Of a stretch of DNA of 64,000 bases, positions 26,491 to 35,866 are shown one piece after another. This DNA is from Methanobacteriota archaeon. Lineage in GTDB: Archaea > Thermoplasmatota > Thermoplasmata > SG8-5 > JAGLSY01. The position numbers and the translations under genes are program-made. The DNA lies in assembly GCA_020696385.1 (NCBI GenBank), contig JAEHCQ010000006.1, positions 32,001-96,000 of the forward strand, read 5' to 3'. The notes under the pieces are model-generated. The model made no database searches, had not been told where the DNA came from, and saw only the letters and a list, made by a program, of their open reading frames with translations. Each line of letters begins with the position of its first letter. Positions within the stretch are counted from its first letter, which is position 1.

Positions 26491-26998
26491 CTCTAAGATT
26501 TGCTTATAAATCTTTTGGTAATCGCAACTTTTCACAAATATTGCCATTTTGCAAATTTATTTTTGATAAACTCTAATATTTTTTGATGGTGATCTTCCGA
26601 TCCCTAGAATTTTCAAGATATACATATATAATCATGAAATAATAAAAACATCATGAAACCATGCTTTTCAGAGGTGAAGGGTACACTCCATCGTTGAAAA
26701 CACATATTCTATGCAATCTTAGGCACGAAAACACCTCTTTTCAGAGCTGTTTTTCGTAATTCTCATATAAATTAATGCAAACAGATAATTAATTATTGTA
26801 TTTAATTAATCGTCTTATTAAATAAAGCATTGTACTTAATTCATATGTTTTATTTTTATTTTATTATTTTTATATAATTAAATTAAGCTTAGTCAATTAA
26901 TAATAATCATTGTAAAGTATTTAGCTTAATAATTTATTGTTTTGGCATTAAATGGTGAAAAGCACAATGTTTATCTATTTTCCCCGGGATGTGGGTGC

Positions 26999-28237
26999 GT
27001 GACAGATGAAAATGTGACGAAAGAGAAGGAAGAGGTGGGAATTAAAAAACCAGCTGTTCCAAAGCCAGATGCTGATAATGCTGATAAAAAGCCAGATGGT
27101 ACAGTTCCACCTACAGTTCCAGCAAGCTCGGTTCCAGTAACCAAGCCGACACCAGCTACTCGGCCAGCTCCCACACCCGCTCCAGCCTCATCAAAACCTG
27201 AACCCATGCCAGTAATCGAGATCGCAGACGGTGATGAGGTGATAAAGGTTGTCTCAAAGGAGCCCAAACCCGAAGTCCCGAAACCAGATGGCTCAGATGA
27301 ACCTGCAGATGAAAAGATAAAATGCCCTGTATGTGGCAATCAAAACCCACCAGGATCTACTAAGTGTACGGTATGCTGGACAAACCTTTCTGTGGACTCC
27401 GAAACAAAGAAATTATCTGTGTCCTCTCCCAAAGCCCAGTCTGATATCTTTGAGATGATCGACCTGGAGGATCCAGCAACGCGAAAGAGACTGGAGGAGC
27501 TTACCATGATACCTGGTGTGTCCAGGCGCAAGGCTCTTTATCTTTATAGATCAGGCATAACGAGTCTGGAAGAATTCGTTGAAAAGGCCTTCCATGGGGA
27601 TCAACATGGTGCCAATTATTCCCGTATAGTCGCGAATAAGATCATCGTGAGCAGTATGAGAGGTGAGAAAAAAGAAGAGACTATCACATGCCCTTCTTGT
27701 GATTCCGAAACCGAAGCTGATTCTGTCAATTGCAGGGTGTGTGGTAAACCCATTGAGACTATCGACGTGGCGGAGATCAGTCAAACACTGGGCGATGTTG
27801 CCAATGCCTACCTTGATGAGCTCGTGGAGGACGAGGATTTCGCAGCCCTTCCTGAGGATATGAGGGCGCAGATGGCCTCTATTCTGGAATCCGATTCCGA
27901 GGATGTGAATGATATCTCCGGAGCTGTTGAAATGCTTGGTGAGGAGTTCAAGGAATTGGACATTATCGCACCCGAAAAAACAGCCGAAAAACTGGATGAT
28001 TCTTCTGGAATTAATGCAGATGATGAAGCTGGGGATGGTGTCGCACAAACCGAAAAACAACCCGCAAAAAAGAAAAAGATCAGTACGGAAAAGAGGAAAG
28101 AGGTCCTTGTAAAGAAGATCAAGGACTGGTATGCCGCGGGCTATGATGTTTCAGGTCTCTTTGAGCTTGTGGATGGTGATCTGGATACCTTCAAAGATGC
28201 GGCCAAAGAGATGATCAAAAAAGGCAAGGCTAAATAA
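26999..28237 (+). CDS. Pro-rich, double Zn-ribbon and helix-hairpin-helix protein
   Basis: PT/PA-rich N-terminus; CPVC..CTVC and CPSC..CRVC; HhH LTMIPGVSRRKALYLYRSGITSLEE; C-terminal WYAAGYDVS helix motif. Start uncertain (GTG 26999 chosen; the ORF is open from 26942). Confidence 0.7.
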   Translation: MTDENVTKEKEEVGIKKPAVPKPDADNADKKPDGTVPPTVPASSVPVTKPTPATRPAPTPAPASSKPEPMPVIEIADGDEVIKVVSKEPKPEVPKPDGSDEPADEKIKCPVCGNQNPPGSTKCTVCWTNLSVDSETKKLSVSSPKAQSDIFEMIDLEDPATRKRLEELTMIPGVSRRKALYLYRSGITSLEEFVEKAFHGDQHGANYSRIVANKIIVSSMRGEKKEETITCPSCDSETEADSVNCRVCGKPIETIDVAEISQTLGDVANAYLDELVEDEDFAALPEDMRAQMASILESDSEDVNDISGAVEMLGEEFKELDIIAPEKTAEKLDDSSGINADDEAGDGVAQTEKQPAKKKKISTEKRKEVLVKKIKDWYAAGYDVSGLFELVDGDLDTFKDAAKEMIKKGKAK

Positions 28238-28410
28238 TAATATACTGTATTATATAAAAATAAAATAATATCTATATCGATATATTTTTAATAATATTTT
28301 TATAAAATTATAATTTATTTATTTTATATTATTAAATATTTAATTCATTTTATATTTTAATTATTATTAATTGTAATGGATATTATATATTATTTAATAG
28401 TGATAATCCT

Positions 28411-28484
28411 CTATATTATCATTCAAAATCATCATCCATTTGATGATGATGATTCCCTATATTATTATTCAAAATCATCATCCA
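28411..28484. repeat. 28-bp direct repeat duplicating the larC 3' end, with an inverted segment between the copies
   Basis: CTATATTATYATTCAAAATCATCATCCA at 28411 and 28457 (1 mismatch); GATGATGATT at 28445-28454 is complementary to both copies. Confidence 0.7.
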
Positions 28485-29214
28485 ATATTTGCACTCGTAT
28501 GGCTCCCAGAGTCCCACCAAATTTCTTTGTGCCGGCTCCTGTGCCTGTTTTCTGTGGGATATCGTCCGGCATCTCCATCTGTATCTGTAGAAGTCCGCTT
28601 AAAATGGCGACTCCGGTGGGCGTCGCCATCTCCCCCTCATGAGGGCCTGGCTTGAAGTCCATCGTTTGCAAGATCTCGGCGGTTGCTGGTGCTGGCACAT
28701 CGACGATCCCATGTGCTATTTTGACCTTACCCTTGCCTACTGAAATCGGGGTGCCGCATATCTTTTCATCGTACAATTTCAATTTTTCATAGAAATAGGC
28801 CATACCCAGTATGTCCACAAGAGTATCCGGGCTGCCTGTCTCATGCAGGTGTATGTCATCCATCGAGCATTCGTGAACCTTGGTCTCTGCCACCAGTATG
28901 GTATCCAGTACCTTCCTGGCAAAATCCTTTCCACGCCTGAGCCCGATGATATCCGCGCCCCTCATGATATGTGCCTGCATTTGCCTACCAGAAACATGGG
29001 AGAACTCATCGTGGGTGATGTCTAAGCCAGTTGCTTCAAATGGCTCATCTATCTTTCTTATTCTCACACTGGTCGGGCCCATTACATTGCCTGCTGTTTC
29101 AAGAACCCTGCGTACCTTCTCCCTGTCAAGGATATCAAGGTCTATGAAGGAACTAAGGAGCATATCGCCCGCAACACCCATACTCGAGTCAATGAAGTAC
29201 ATCAGCCCAGGCAT
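28465..29214 (-). CDS. larC: Nickel-pincer cofactor nickel insertase LarC, N-terminal (LarC1) part only
   Basis: GVAGDMLL, AETKVH..IHLHE..DTLVDI, AHGIVDVPAPATAEIL, GEMATPTG, GAGTKK. Confidence 0.85.
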   Translation of the reverse strand: MPGLMYFIDSSMGVAGDMLLSSFIDLDILDREKVRRVLETAGNVMGPTSVRIRKIDEPFEATGLDITHDEFSHVSGRQMQAHIMRGADIIGLRRGKDFARKVLDTILVAETKVHECSMDDIHLHETGSPDTLVDILGMAYFYEKLKLYDEKICGTPISVGKGKVKIAHGIVDVPAPATAEILQTMDFKPGPHEGEMATPTGVAILSGLLQIQMEMPDDIPQKTGTGAGTKKFGGTLGAIRVQILDDDFE

Positions 29215-29274
29215 GACATAGTGGTATAAAACATTATCAAAAATTTAATAGTGGGCCAACACTTTGTCTTGTCA

Positions 29275-30126
29275 ATGACCACAGCTAAAGGCCAATATGA
29301 TGATGTATTTCCAATTCTAGATACCATTAGAAAAGATGACCCTCAGCTGGCCTTACGGTTCGAGAAATTGTGTGGTGTGGTATCTGGCCCCGGAAAGGCA
29401 ATAGTTGCCTATTCGGGCGGAACTGATTCCGCGCTTCTGTCCTACCTTTCCACGAGGTTACTGGATCGCTGCCTGTGTATCACTTTCAATTCATTTCTGA
29501 TATCACATAGTGAGATAAGCCAGGCGATTGCTCTTGCTGAGGAGAATAAGCTGGAACACAGGGTCGTGGAGTTCGATGCCCTTGATAAAGAACCTATTCG
29601 AAATAATCATCCTGAAAGATGTTATCATTGCAAGTCCAGTATCCTGGATGCTATTATTGGGATAGGAAAGATGGAAGGCATCTATGTGATATTCGAAGGA
29701 TCTAACACCAATGATCTGGGCGAGTACCGCCCGGGTAGGAGGGCGGTCGAGGAGAAGGGAGTGAATAGTCCGTTTTTGGATGCTGGCATGAGCAAGGCCG
29801 ATATTCGCAAGATCTCAAGATATTTGGGCCTTAGAACATGGGACCATCCGGCCATGGCATGCCTGGCGACACGATTTCCTTACAATACCGAACTCACCAT
29901 CGTGGGACTTGCCAGAGTGGAGAAGGCGGAGCTAGTCCTTCGTGAAATGGGTTATCTGGATGTCCGGGTGCGAGCACATGGTGGTGTGGCAAGGATCGAA
30001 CTTGGGAGGGAAGAGGAAATCGATATCATTAAATTGAGAGGATCAATTCCGGAATTCAAGGCTCTTGGTTTTAGACATATCACGCTGGACCTTGAGGGAT
30101 ACAGGACGGGGAACTTCGATGAATGA
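29275..30126 (+). CDS. larE: Nickel-pincer cofactor sulfur transferase LarE
   Basis: PP-loop AYSGGTDS, RCYHCK, DLGEYRPG, ACLATRFPY, VRVRAH, LDLEGYRTG. Confidence 0.92.
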   Translation: MTTAKGQYDDVFPILDTIRKDDPQLALRFEKLCGVVSGPGKAIVAYSGGTDSALLSYLSTRLLDRCLCITFNSFLISHSEISQAIALAEENKLEHRVVEFDALDKEPIRNNHPERCYHCKSSILDAIIGIGKMEGIYVIFEGSNTNDLGEYRPGRRAVEEKGVNSPFLDAGMSKADIRKISRYLGLRTWDHPAMACLATRFPYNTELTIVGLARVEKAELVLREMGYLDVRVRAHGGVARIELGREEEIDIIKLRGSIPEFKALGFRHITLDLEGYRTGNFDE

Positions 30127-30802
30127 TAATCACAACAATCACAATGTGGATCCACATAGAAGTCATAGGACCAATATTCCCGAAGTGGTGCTGGCTCGTT
30201 TCAAGGACAATGATTCTCTGATCAAGTCAGTGGCTGGTCTTTTACCGGGTAAAAGAGTTCTGGTCACCAAGGCCAGCAAAGAGCAATTGACCCTTCTTCT
30301 TGATAATTTCGATCCGTGTGTGGAGATGATGGATGCGGTATCTGGAACTATGGTGATATCTGATACGAGTACCCGTGCGCCAGATATAATTGGCTCCATC
30401 GCGGTTCTCAGTGCTGGATCATCGGATTATTTCGTGGCAGAGGAGGCAAGTGTCTCTGCCGAATACCTGGGTCTGAAAGTGCACCGCTTTTATGACTGCG
30501 GGGTGGCTGGCTTCCACAGAGTGGATGAGGCTTTGCAGGTAATTGATGAGAACAAGGTGGATGCGATAATTGTTGTAGCTGGGATGGAAGGCGCCCTTCC
30601 ATCAGTCATCGCCAGCAGGGTGAAACAGCCCATGATAGCTGTACCCACTTCAGTTGGCTACGGGACAAGTTATGAGGGCATTGCCGCGCTTTTGTCAATG
30701 CTCAATTCCTGTGCTCCCGGGATATCTGTGGTGAATATTGATAATGGATTTGGAGCTGCTGTCTGCGCCTTCAAGATGATGAAATGGATTCATGATAAGT
30801 AG
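30119..30802 (+). CDS. larB: Nickel-pincer cofactor carboxylase/hydrolase LarB
   Basis: DPHRSHRTNIPEVV, SAGSSD, DCGVAG, AGMEGALPS, VPTSVGYG, MLNSCAPG, VVNIDNGFGAA. Confidence 0.93.
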   Translation: MNDNHNNHNVDPHRSHRTNIPEVVLARFKDNDSLIKSVAGLLPGKRVLVTKASKEQLTLLLDNFDPCVEMMDAVSGTMVISDTSTRAPDIIGSIAVLSAGSSDYFVAEEASVSAEYLGLKVHRFYDCGVAGFHRVDEALQVIDENKVDAIIVVAGMEGALPSVIASRVKQPMIAVPTSVGYGTSYEGIAALLSMLNSCAPGISVVNIDNGFGAAVCAFKMMKWIHDK

Positions 30803-30894
30803 CTTTGATATCTATCATCTTGTTTTGTGCCATAATCAATATGTGTCTAAGTCTGTCAAAACTCTTATATCATATATCCTATTAGACATTCCCA

Positions 30895-32238
30895 ATGGTA
30901 CTTGAAAAACTGGGTTCATCCCTTCGTGATGCCCTGAAAAAAGTTGCGAATTCATCCAATATCGACCAGAAGGTCATAAAGGATCTGGTCAAGGAGATCC
31001 AGCGAGCGCTTTTACAGGCCGATGTCAATGTCAAGCTCACGCTCCAACTTACCAAGGAGATCGAGAAGCGGGCGATGACTGAGAAGCCCAAACCAGGCAT
31101 GAGCTCAAAAGCCCATGTCATCCAGATCATCTATGATGAACTGGTCGGTATTCTGGGGGAGAAGAAGGAACTGGATACCAAGAAGCAGGTCATCATGATG
31201 GTTGGCTTGTATGGTAATGGTAAGACAACCACATGCGGTAAGCTTGCCAGACATTTCAAGAAGAAGGGTCGTAAGGTAGGCCTTATAGCAGCCGATGTCC
31301 ACAGGCCAGCTGCCTATGACCAACTCAAGCAGATCGGAGAGCTTGTGAATATCCCTGTGTATGGTGAGCCCGGTCAGAAGAAGGCCCCCAAGCTTGTGAA
31401 GAATGGTCTGGATCATTTTAATACTTACGATATTATAATAATAGATACTTCAGGTCGCCATAGCCTGGAGAAGGACCTCATCGATGAGGTGAAGGCCATA
31501 TCCAAGATAGCCAAGCCAACCGAGAAGATCCTGGTCATGGATGCCACCATAGGTCAGCAGGCTGGCCCTCAAGCCAAAGCCTTCCATGATGCAGTTGATG
31601 TGACCAGTGTCATTATCACAAAACTGGATGGTAGTGCCAAGGGTGGTGGAGCTATTTCGGCTGTGTCCGAGACAGAGGCTCCGATAATATTCATTGGAAC
31701 TGGCGAACATATCGAAGATATCGAGACCTTCGTGCCAAACCGTTTCATATCACGTCTTCTGGGAATGGGGGATATTGAATCCCTTCTGGAAACTGCGGCT
31801 GAGGCTATTGATGAGAACATGGCTGAAGAGACCATGAACAAGATAATGAGCGGTAAGTTCACGCTCATCGAGATGCGTGACCAGATGGAGATGCTGGCCA
31901 ATATGGGTCCTCTGAAAAAGATAATGGGTATGCTCCCTGGGGCAACAGGCCAGATGTCAGATGATGATCTGGAGAAGACCCAGGATAAGCTGAGCAAGTT
32001 CAAGATCATAATGAGTTCCATGACTGAGGAGGAACTTACCGATCCAAAGATAATAAAGGCCTCCAGGGTGAAGAGGATCGCTTTGGGATGTGGCATGACA
32101 ACGAAGGACGTTAGAGAACTTTTGTCGCATTACAATCTATCCAAAAAACAGATGAAAGGCATCATGGGTAATCGGAAGATGAGAAAACAGCTCCAGAAGC
32201 AGATGAAATCCAGTGATATGTCACAATTTGGACTGTGA
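30895..32238 (+). CDS. srp54: Signal recognition particle protein SRP54
   Basis: IQRALLQADVNV, GLYGNGKTTT, DVHRPAA, DTSGRH, TKLDGSAKGGGA, Met-rich M domain with RVKRIALGCG. Confidence 0.97.
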   Translation: MVLEKLGSSLRDALKKVANSSNIDQKVIKDLVKEIQRALLQADVNVKLTLQLTKEIEKRAMTEKPKPGMSSKAHVIQIIYDELVGILGEKKELDTKKQVIMMVGLYGNGKTTTCGKLARHFKKKGRKVGLIAADVHRPAAYDQLKQIGELVNIPVYGEPGQKKAPKLVKNGLDHFNTYDIIIIDTSGRHSLEKDLIDEVKAISKIAKPTEKILVMDATIGQQAGPQAKAFHDAVDVTSVIITKLDGSAKGGGAISAVSETEAPIIFIGTGEHIEDIETFVPNRFISRLLGMGDIESLLETAAEAIDENMAEETMNKIMSGKFTLIEMRDQMEMLANMGPLKKIMGMLPGATGQMSDDDLEKTQDKLSKFKIIMSSMTEEELTDPKIIKASRVKRIALGCGMTTKDVRELLSHYNLSKKQMKGIMGNRKMRKQLQKQMKSSDMSQFGL

Positions 32239-32242
32239 TAAT

Positions 32243-32833
32243 ATGCCTGTGTTCGTAGTTGTAGGCCACAGGGTCAATACCGATGGACTTTTCACACTCA
32301 ATGATCTGGCTGGATCAACAGGCAGGCTTGATATTTTACTCCGATGCGTAAATTCCACTTTCTTTCTTTCCAATGATATCCGTAGAGATGCGGAGATCTA
32401 TCTTGTGCTTCTTGGTGAGCCAGACGCTCCAAAGACCATACGTTTTGCAGGTTCAGAAATAAAATATTTGAACCCGGATGAAAGAAGCACTGCTGCCCTT
32501 GTAAAGAATGCCCTTATGCAGAATGTAGGTGCGGGTGAGGAGATCAATACATCACCCGGCGTTTATGTCTCTCGCAGAGGCCTCAAGGAAGTGCTTGACG
32601 TCTTTGAAGGGCGAAAGTTCATTCATTTGATGGAGGCCGGAACTCCTATCAATAATATGGATCTCGATGATGATCTTATTGTGGTTTTGGGTGGGCAATA
32701 TGACCTGACGGAGGATGAAGAAAATATGGTTAAAGGCCATGAACCAACTCCAATTTCTCTTGGTCCAAATAAGCTTCATGCAAATCACTGTATTACTATT
32801 TTTCTCAATGAGCTGGATATTAGTAAACAATAA
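32243..32833 (+). CDS. trmY: tRNA (pseudouridine54-N1)-methyltransferase
   Basis: LNDLAGSTGRLDILLRCV, LNPDERS, SPGVYV, ISLGP..LHANHCI SPOUT motifs. Confidence 0.92.
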   Translation: MPVFVVVGHRVNTDGLFTLNDLAGSTGRLDILLRCVNSTFFLSNDIRRDAEIYLVLLGEPDAPKTIRFAGSEIKYLNPDERSTAALVKNALMQNVGAGEEINTSPGVYVSRRGLKEVLDVFEGRKFIHLMEAGTPINNMDLDDDLIVVLGGQYDLTEDEENMVKGHEPTPISLGPNKLHANHCITIFLNELDISKQ

Positions 32834-33039
32834 TTATATATAATTAATATTAGTTAATAATAATATATTATTGAAATTATATATGTATATTTAAAATAAT
32901 TAAATTATATAATTTTTATTTTTAAATTATTAATATTTAAATAATATTTTATATTTCTGGTCACACGCCCGTAAATACCATTGCAAATGTTTTAATATGT
33001 ATAGGGGCATTTTGTACTTGGGTGAGGGACCCTGATCTG

Positions 33040-33058
33040 TTGCAGACTTAGTCTGCAA
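33040..33058. promoter_or_regulatory. 19-bp palindrome TTGCAGACT-T-AGTCTGCAA
   Basis: Perfect 9-bp inverted arms 43 nt upstream of the vWA/chelatase-like gene. Confidence 0.4.
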
Positions 33059-33100
33059 AAAAATATACGGTTATATATAGGAACAGTGGGTGTTTTTTAA

Positions 33101-35866
33101 GTGGCATCGAAGGAACTGAAGAAGGCGATGGACGATCTTCTGCGAAAGAAGAACAGGAGGATAGTGACAGGCACTGTCAGGTCTGGCCGCCGAACTGAGA
33201 TCATCACTGTTGGAAAACAGGGTAAATATATTCGTTACAGAACCCCAAAATCCGGTGATGCCAGTGATCTTGCTTTATTGCCTACTATTACATCTGCAAT
33301 AATCAATTCCAGGGGCGGAAAGATCCGTGTCAAGAAATCAGATTACAAGGAAAAGGTAAGGAGAAGGAAGATATCCACGCTTATCTGCCTAGTTCTCGAC
33401 ACATCCAGTTCCATGGTGATGGATGCCAAGATGAGAGGTATAAAGGATTCTTTGAATGGCCTTATGTTGGACATATACCAGAAGCGGGACAGGATATCTC
33501 TCGTGGTCTGTTTCGGTCGGTCGGCCGAGGTCGTACTTCCCTTCACATCCAGTGTTGAGAAAGGAAATCAATTTATAGAGCAGCTCAAGTTCGGAGGAAC
33601 AACTCCTCTTGCTGCTGGGATGCGTAGGGGGATGGAAAATCTTCTAACAAAGACCCGCATAGAGAAAGATACCAATTCTCTTCTCATAATCGTGACCGAT
33701 GGATCTGCCAATACACCTCTTGTTCCTGGCGTGGATGTTGATAATGAGGTGAAGGAGACCGCGGCAAATATCCTGAAGCATAATATCCCGGTTTTGGTCA
33801 TTGACGTGAATATCAAAGGATCGGAAATGGCCGAAGAGATCGCAAGACTATGTGATGGAAAATATTTCAAGATCGATCACTCGGAAGTTCTGGGATCTAC
33901 AACTTCGATAGATGATGTCATGAAGTTCGACAGGGTGATGGAGCATGTAACATTGGCTCTCGTGGATCCAAATATGAAAGGAATACTTTTCAAAGCACAA
34001 GACAGGAACATGGTCTCGGATGTCCTGACATATCTTGATACCCTCGCGATTGAGTTCAAGGCAGTTTCCGGTTGCCATTCCGGTTGTGATCCCGATGATC
34101 CCGAAGCTTTCTGCCACCATTGTAAATTGAAATATGTGGATCAGGAAGAACCTCCTGAGATGAATACCTCACTCAGGACATATCCGATAGTTTCCCTATC
34201 ATCCTTCGGCACAGCGGATGAGCTAATTGGCGATATATTTGTCAGGTTCCTAGCAACCCCAAGTTACCTTCACAAGGTCAATCGAGGTATCTTGTTCATC
34301 AAGGATATCGACACACTCTCAAAGGAAGTTGTGGACATTCTGGTCGAGACCTTGAAGACCAGAAATTACACACTCGAGAAAGATGGTATGTCAATGACCT
34401 TCCCGACCAAGTTTTCCATCATTGGAACATTGAGCAATGATGAAGCATCCGTGCCAAAGGAACTTGAAGGTCAAATGACCATGGTGATCGATACAGAACC
34501 CGAAAAGAATCTCGAGTACAATACCAAGTTCATACAGTACGAGAAGGAATTCGATGCAGACCCTGCTGGTTTTGAGAATAAACTGGATCGCGGTCGCAAG
34601 GAATCCATCATGGAGATAATAAAAGCGAGGAAGATGTTGCGCGGTGTCTCAACTCCCGATATATTGAACATGGCCCTTGATATTTATAGCCAGGATCTGA
34701 GCAAGGAGGATTGCTTTCCTTCCAAATTGAAAGCAATGGCGAAGGTCATGGCCGCAAAGAAGATGAAATCCGAGGTAACAGAGATCGAGGCTGTGGAAGC
34801 GATAGAGATATTGCGAAGGCAAAAGCGACTCAAGCCGGGTACGATAGAGATATCCCCCAACCTAACTCCTTTCATAGAGATCAGTGAGAGAGTTGCCGAA
34901 GCCGAGATCATTAGGGACAAGCTAATGTCCACCCTGGTCGCAAAGGATGAGATAGGTGGTGTGATGATCAGAGGCTTCAATGCCGATGCTGTAAGAACTG
35001 CATTGAGATCATTACAGGATATGTCCCTGCATTTGATGGTCCCGAAAGGCTGTAAATATGAATGCGATCCAAACCGTTCGGAGGAATTCTGTCCTGAGTG
35101 TCGCTTGAAATATCATGATGATAGATTAGAGATAGAGGAACAGCCAATGCCCGTTGTTTTCCTGCCACCTGAAGTTGGATTGAAGCAATTAAAAGGCGAG
35201 ATCTTTGTCAAGTATGTTGTCTCACCCAATTTACTTAGTAGAGCCCATCGTGGAATCGTCTTTATAGAAGATATTGACCTATTAAAACCAGATATCGCTG
35301 ATGCAATGGCGCAGGTCATGAGCACAAAGACGAATATTGTGGAGAGAGGAAGTGTTCTAATCGAAAATCCATGCAGAACACTTGTTATTGGAACCATCAG
35401 TGACCCTGATGCTGAAGTACATCCTGTTATTATCGATCACATGACAGCCATGTTAGAGGCTTCCGATCATGATAGGACAATGATCAAATTAAAATCATTG
35501 GGATATCTTGAAGAATTCGGTTCGAACCCTGAAATGTTCAGCAAACAGATATTGGCAGACATTGATAGGGCGACATCATCCGTGATCGAAGGTCAGGAAC
35601 TTTTCAATGAGGTGAGCATTCTTGATTCACAGCTTGATCTCATTGTCAGGATATGTAATGAGTTCGATGTTGAAGGAAACAGTACGGAATTCAATGTCGA
35701 GAAGGTTGCGAAGACCCTTGCGGCCATAAGAGGTTCCAAGAAAGTTGATGATATGGACATCATCAATGCTTCCAAGATGGTCTTACCATTGGCCGCATTG
35801 ACAAGTCAGGAAATGCAGGATTATATTTCAAGATCTTTGAAGGATATGGTGCTACAATATGCATGA
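33101..35866 (+). CDS. vWA domain followed by two degenerate ChlI/BchI-like AAA+ domains (permuted ChlD-like protein)
   Basis: MIDAS LDTSSSM, GGTTPLAAG, VTDG; two ChlI-like repeats with CxxxCDP...FCxxC and [NH]RGI motifs but no Walker A lysine. Confidence 0.75.
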   Translation: MASKELKKAMDDLLRKKNRRIVTGTVRSGRRTEIITVGKQGKYIRYRTPKSGDASDLALLPTITSAIINSRGGKIRVKKSDYKEKVRRRKISTLICLVLDTSSSMVMDAKMRGIKDSLNGLMLDIYQKRDRISLVVCFGRSAEVVLPFTSSVEKGNQFIEQLKFGGTTPLAAGMRRGMENLLTKTRIEKDTNSLLIIVTDGSANTPLVPGVDVDNEVKETAANILKHNIPVLVIDVNIKGSEMAEEIARLCDGKYFKIDHSEVLGSTTSIDDVMKFDRVMEHVTLALVDPNMKGILFKAQDRNMVSDVLTYLDTLAIEFKAVSGCHSGCDPDDPEAFCHHCKLKYVDQEEPPEMNTSLRTYPIVSLSSFGTADELIGDIFVRFLATPSYLHKVNRGILFIKDIDTLSKEVVDILVETLKTRNYTLEKDGMSMTFPTKFSIIGTLSNDEASVPKELEGQMTMVIDTEPEKNLEYNTKFIQYEKEFDADPAGFENKLDRGRKESIMEIIKARKMLRGVSTPDILNMALDIYSQDLSKEDCFPSKLKAMAKVMAAKKMKSEVTEIEAVEAIEILRRQKRLKPGTIEISPNLTPFIEISERVAEAEIIRDKLMSTLVAKDEIGGVMIRGFNADAVRTALRSLQDMSLHLMVPKGCKYECDPNRSEEFCPECRLKYHDDRLEIEEQPMPVVFLPPEVGLKQLKGEIFVKYVVSPNLLSRAHRGIVFIEDIDLLKPDIADAMAQVMSTKTNIVERGSVLIENPCRTLVIGTISDPDAEVHPVIIDHMTAMLEASDHDRTMIKLKSLGYLEEFGSNPEMFSKQILADIDRATSSVIEGQELFNEVSILDSQLDLIVRICNEFDVEGNSTEFNVEKVAKTLAAIRGSKKVDDMDIINASKMVLPLAALTSQEMQDYISRSLKDMVLQYA

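Noticed and set aside
26500-26940. Replication origin in the long AT-rich spacer
   Set aside because: No convincing ORB consensus repeats and no cdc6/orc1 gene nearby.
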